From assembly GCF_963921235.1 (NCBI RefSeq), contig NC_086108.1, forward strand, positions 46,750,001-46,814,000: 64,000 nucleotides of DNA, given 5' to 3'. The position numbers and the translations under genes were made by a program. Origin of the DNA: Mobula hypostoma (taxonomy: Eukaryota). Positions 62,778 to 64,000 of this stretch are shown here, in pieces; position 1 is the stretch's first letter; every line of letters starts with the position of its first letter. The notes under the pieces were generated by a model, which was not told the DNA's origin, did no database searches, and was given only the letters and a program-made list of their open reading frames with translations.

Positions 62778-63395
62778 CAAACACGAGGAAATCTGCAGAT
62801 GCTGGAAATTCAAGCAACACACACTAAATGCTTGTGAACACAGCAGGCCAGGCAGCATCTACAGGAAGAGGTACAGTCGACGTTTTGGTCTGAGACCCTT
62901 TGTCAGGACTAACTGAAAGAAGAGATTAGAAAGTGGGAGGGGGAGGGGGAGATCCGAAATGATAGGAGAAGACGGGGGGTGGGGGCGGAATGGAGCTAAG
63001 AGTTGGAAAGTTGATTGGCAAAAGGGATACGAGGCTAGAGAAGGGAGAGGATCATGCGACGGGAGGCCTAGGGAGAAATAAAGGGGAGGGAAGCCCAGAG
63101 GATGGGCAAGGATTATAGTGAGAGGGACAGAGGAAGAAAAAAGAGAGAGAGATAGATAAATAAATAAGGGATGGGGTACGAAGGGGAGGTGGGGGAATTA
63201 ACGGAAGTTAGAGAAGTCAATGTTCATGCCATCAGGTTGGAGGCTACCCAGACGGAATATAAGGTGTTGTTCCTCCAACCTGAGAGTGGCTTCATCTTGA
63301 CAGTAGAGGAGGTTGTGGATAGACATATCAGAATGGGAATGGGACGTGGAATTAAAATGTGTGGCCACTGGGAGATCCTGCATTCTCTGGCAAAC
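62778..63395 (-). mobile_element. 5'-truncated PLE with a core-mutated hammerhead at about 62874-62911
   Basis: DLPVATHFNS...LEEQHLIFRLGSLQPDGMNIDFSNFR; minus strand reads AGTC-CTGACAA-AGGG-tctcag-ACC-AAAA-CGTC-GACTG. Confidence 0.88.
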
Positions 63396-63500
63396 TAGGA
63401 GATCCTGCTTTCTCTTTGTTTGCACCTCCAGCCCAGAAATAACATCATCTGCTAACTTTATATACCACATGGCAAATTATTTCTAGGTTGCAAAACAGAC

Positions 63501-63622
63501 CTGATTTTGGCAAGAAGCTCTCCTCGTTCCCCACAATCCACACTAATCTGACGAATAAGCTCATGGAACACAAGATTATAAATGTTTTGCTCCTTTTTCA
63601 CCAGGTCCAGCAAATGATGGAT
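63501..63622 (-). CDS. AXDND1: AXDND1 coding exon 1 of 10 in window ([41 protein letters not shown])
   Basis: ttgcatag acceptor, AG|gtctgt donor; 122 nt, phase 0 to 2; FHELIRQxSVDCxxRGELL is the axonemal dynein light chain domain motif. Confidence 0.9.
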
Positions 63623-64000
63623 CTATGCAAATAAAGAGCACAATTGAAATAGAGATAAACAGATGGTAAGTATGATGATACTATTCAATTTGTTAACTGC
63701 TGCAAGAGCCTTTAATAATCTTATAATCTTAATTAATATTTTATTTCAACAATCACAAAGGTGTAGTAGATTTCCTTTTTACTTCACGCCAAAGTCAATG
63801 GAACCCACAGTCAGAATCGGAGAGGATTCTGGAGCCATTGAACAGTACAGCATGGATATGGATCTTTCTGCCCAACACGTCCATGCTGATCACAGTGCCC
63901 ACCCAGCTCATCCCAATTTCCTGTGCTCGGCCCATATCCCGGCAAGTGTTTCTTAAACGATATCACTGTATCTGCCCCAATCACTTCTTCTAGCAGTTTG

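Overview
Eukaryotic vertebrate genomic DNA, most likely a cartilaginous fish (inferred from an HE1/V-SINE-type SINE and abundant CR1, Penelope and Rex repeats). The window lies inside one minus-strand gene. Ten GT-AG exons (63622 down to 7755; 1377 nt = 459 codons, all intron phases compatible) splice into a protein I recognise as AXDND1 (axonemal dynein light chain domain-containing 1); the gene extends beyond both window ends. The introns are dominated by nested transposable elements: a nearly intact L1 with 13-bp TSDs, a decayed L1, three large CR1s, a Hero/R2-group LINE with restriction-like endonuclease, an RTE fragment, Rex1-like 3' ends, a Gypsy element, an RT-less ERV, Tc1, mariner, Tigger, hAT and Harbinger-like DNA elements, SINEs, and many Penelope-like element (PLE) remnants. 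Main points of interest: (1) PLE termini carry minimal type-I hammerhead ribozyme motifs, with intact cores only antisense to the host gene; (2) the young L1 has a 17-bp complement of its own 5' end in the inter-ORF spacer, next to a splice acceptor; (3) the Hero element has an inverted 69-bp templated insertion that keeps ancestral alleles; (4) two full-length LINEs inserted at nearly the same position of the same PLE family. All family assignments come from motif recognition, not database searches.
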